A DNA stretch of 64,000 bases from the human T2T-CHM13v2.0 reference genome, Homo sapiens. Position 1 is the first letter of the stretch. Each line of letters opens with the position of its first letter. Of this stretch, positions 61,712-64,000 are shown one piece after another. A program made the position numbers and the translations under genes. The notes beneath the pieces are model-generated. The model did no database searches. It saw only the letters and a program-made list of their open reading frames with translations, and was not told where the DNA came from. The DNA lies in the NCBI RefSeq assembly GCF_009914755.1, contig NC_060935.1, one strand, 5' to 3'.

Positions 61712-64000
61712 TTAAGAAAATTTTGGTGGATACCTAGTAGGTGTATATATTTATGGGATACGTTAGATGTTTTGATAAAGACATGCAATGTGAAATAAGC
61801 ACATCATGAGGAATGGGGTATCCAACCCGTCAAACATAGGTCCATTGAGTTGCAAACAATCTAATTACACTCTAAGCTATTTTAAAATGTAGTTAGTTAT
61901 TATTGACTATAGTCACCCTACTATGCTATCAAATAGTAGGTCTTACTCAGTCTAACTACATTTTTACACCCATTAGCCAACCCCACCACTCCTTTATTTC
62001 CCCACTACTCTTCCTAGTCTCTTAGTAACCATCCTTCTATTCTCCATGTCCATGAGTTCACCTGTTTCAATGTTTAGATCCCACAAATTAAGTGAGAATA
62101 CGCAATGTTTGTGTTTCTGTGCCTGGCTTATTTCACCCAATACAATGATATTTAGTTCCATCCATGTTATTGCAAATGACTGAATCTCTTTTTTTATGGC
62201 TGAATAGTACTCCACTATGTATATGTACCAAGTTTTCTTTATTCATTCATCTGTTGATGGACACTTAGTTGGCTATTTCAAATCTTGGCTATTGGGAACA
62301 GTGCTATAACAAACATAGGAGTGCAGGTAGATCTTCAATATACTGATTTCCTTTTCTGGGGTATATACCCACATGTAAGGTTGCTGAATCATATGGTAGC
62401 TCAATTTTTAGTTTAGTTTTTTTTTTTTTTTTGAGGAATCTCCAAACTGTTCTCAATAGTGGTTGTACTAATTTACATTCCCACAAACAACGTACAAGAA
62501 TTCCTTTTTCTCTACATCCTCGCCAACATTTGTCATTACCTGCCTTTGGAAATAAGCCGTTTTAACTGGGATGAGATGGTAGCTCATTGCAGTTTTGACT
62601 TGCATTTCTCTGATGATCAGTGATGCTGAGCACCTTTTCATGTGCCTGTTTGCCATTTGTATGTCTTCTTTTGAGAAATATCTATTCAAATCATTTGCCC
62701 ATCTTTTGATTGGATTATCAAATGTTCTCCTATATAGGGTTGTTTGAACTTCTTATATATTCTGGTTATTAATCTTTAGTCAGATGGGTAATTTACAAAA
62801 ATTTTTTTCCCAATCTGTGGGTTGTCTCTTCACTTTGTTGATTGTATCCTATGCTGTGTAGAAGCTTTTTAACTTGATGTGATCCCATTTCTCCATTTTT
62901 GCTTTGGTTGCCTATGCTTGTGGGTTATTACTCAAGACATTTTTGGTGTATTCAGATCAACACCAAATGTCAATGTCCTGGAGATTGTCCCCCACATTTT
63001 CTTGAAGTAGTTTCAGGTCTTAGGTTTGAAATATTAGGTTTAAGTCTTTAATTCATTTTGATTTGATTTTTGTATATAGTGAGAGATAGGGGTCTAGTTT
63101 CATTCTTCGGCACCATTTATTGAAGAGACTTTCTTTTCCCTAGTGTACGTTTTTGGCACTGTTGTCAAAAATGAATTCACTGTAGGTGTGTGAATTTGTT
63201 TCTGGGTTCTCTATTCTGTTCCTTTGGTCTGTGTGTCTGTTTTAATGCCAGTATCATGCTGTTTCGGTACTATAATTTTTAGTATAATTTTAAGTCAGGT
63301 AATGTGATTTCTCCGATTTTGTTCTTTTAGCTTAGTATAGCTCTGGCTATTCTGAGTCTTTTGTGGTTCCATGTAAATTTTAGGATTGTTTTTTCTATTT
63401 TTGTGGTGAATGTCATTGATATTTTGATAGGAATTGCATTGAATCTGTAGATTGCTTTGGGTAGTATGGATATTTTAATAATATTGATTCTTTCAATCTG
63501 TGGACATGAAATATCTTCATTTTTTTTGGTGTCTGCCAATTTCTTTCTTCAGTGTTTTATAGATTTTTTTTTTTAAATAGAGATCTTTCGCTTCTTTGGT
63601 TAATTCCTAGGTATTTAATTTTATTTGAGGCTATTACAAGTGGAATTACTTTTTTATTTTTTAGATTGCTCACTATTGGCATATAGAAACTCTACTGATT
63701 TTTGCATACCAATTTTGTATACCATGACTTTACTGAATTTATCAGTTCTAATAGTTTCCTTGTGGAGTGTTAAGTTTTTCCAAATGTAAGATCATCTCAT
63801 CTCATCTGCCAACAGGATAACTGGACTTCTTCCCTTCTAAATTGGATGTCCTTTATATCTTTCTTTTGTCTGATTGTTCTAGCTAGGACTTTCAGTTCTA
63901 TATTGAATAACAGTGGTAACAGTGAGCATCCTTGTCATGTTCCAGATCTTAGAAGAAAAGCTTTCATTTTTTTCCCCATTCAGTATACTAGCTGGGGTCT
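61712..64000 (-). mobile_element. L1MA1/2-like LINE-1, 3' part (continues beyond the window)
   Basis: tagtaggtgtatatatttatggg...gcaatgtgaaataagcacatcatg 3' end; ORF2-like peptides ([33 protein letters not shown]). Confidence 0.88.

Overview
Primate (most likely human or great-ape) genomic DNA, AT-rich, repeat-dense and apparently intronic or intergenic. I cannot place it on a chromosome, and I recognise no host protein-coding exon, RNA gene or CRISPR array. All long ORFs in the track come from LINE-1, Alu or LTR sequence. Three young L1PA3/PA4-type LINE-1 copies dominate: a full-length minus-strand copy (L1-A, 16.7-22.8 kb), a twin-primed 5'-inverted copy (L1-B, 38.1-40.6 kb) and a plus-strand copy with a ~830-bp ORF2 deletion (L1-C, 45.5-50.8 kb). 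Older repeats include MER52, THE1, MST and MLT1 LTRs, Charlie1, MER58, MER20 and MER63 DNA transposons, L1MC, L1MA, Alu, MIR and L2. The strongest unusual signal is that the three young L1s share non-consensus substitutions in a pairwise patchwork, including an identical ORF2 nonsense codon, while each keeps its own target-site duplication (TSD). This points to local non-allelic gene conversion. Other leads are an ORF0 that reads 211 codons out of L1-C into flanking DNA, a promoter-like unique element at ~32 kb with minus-strand splice signals, a recursive-splice-site motif, candidate micro-exons, a perfect 46-bp palindrome, a templated-insertion scar and a triplicated hAT target site. Subfamily names and consensus states are from memory, not from a database search. 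I see no evidence of a new multi-gene system.
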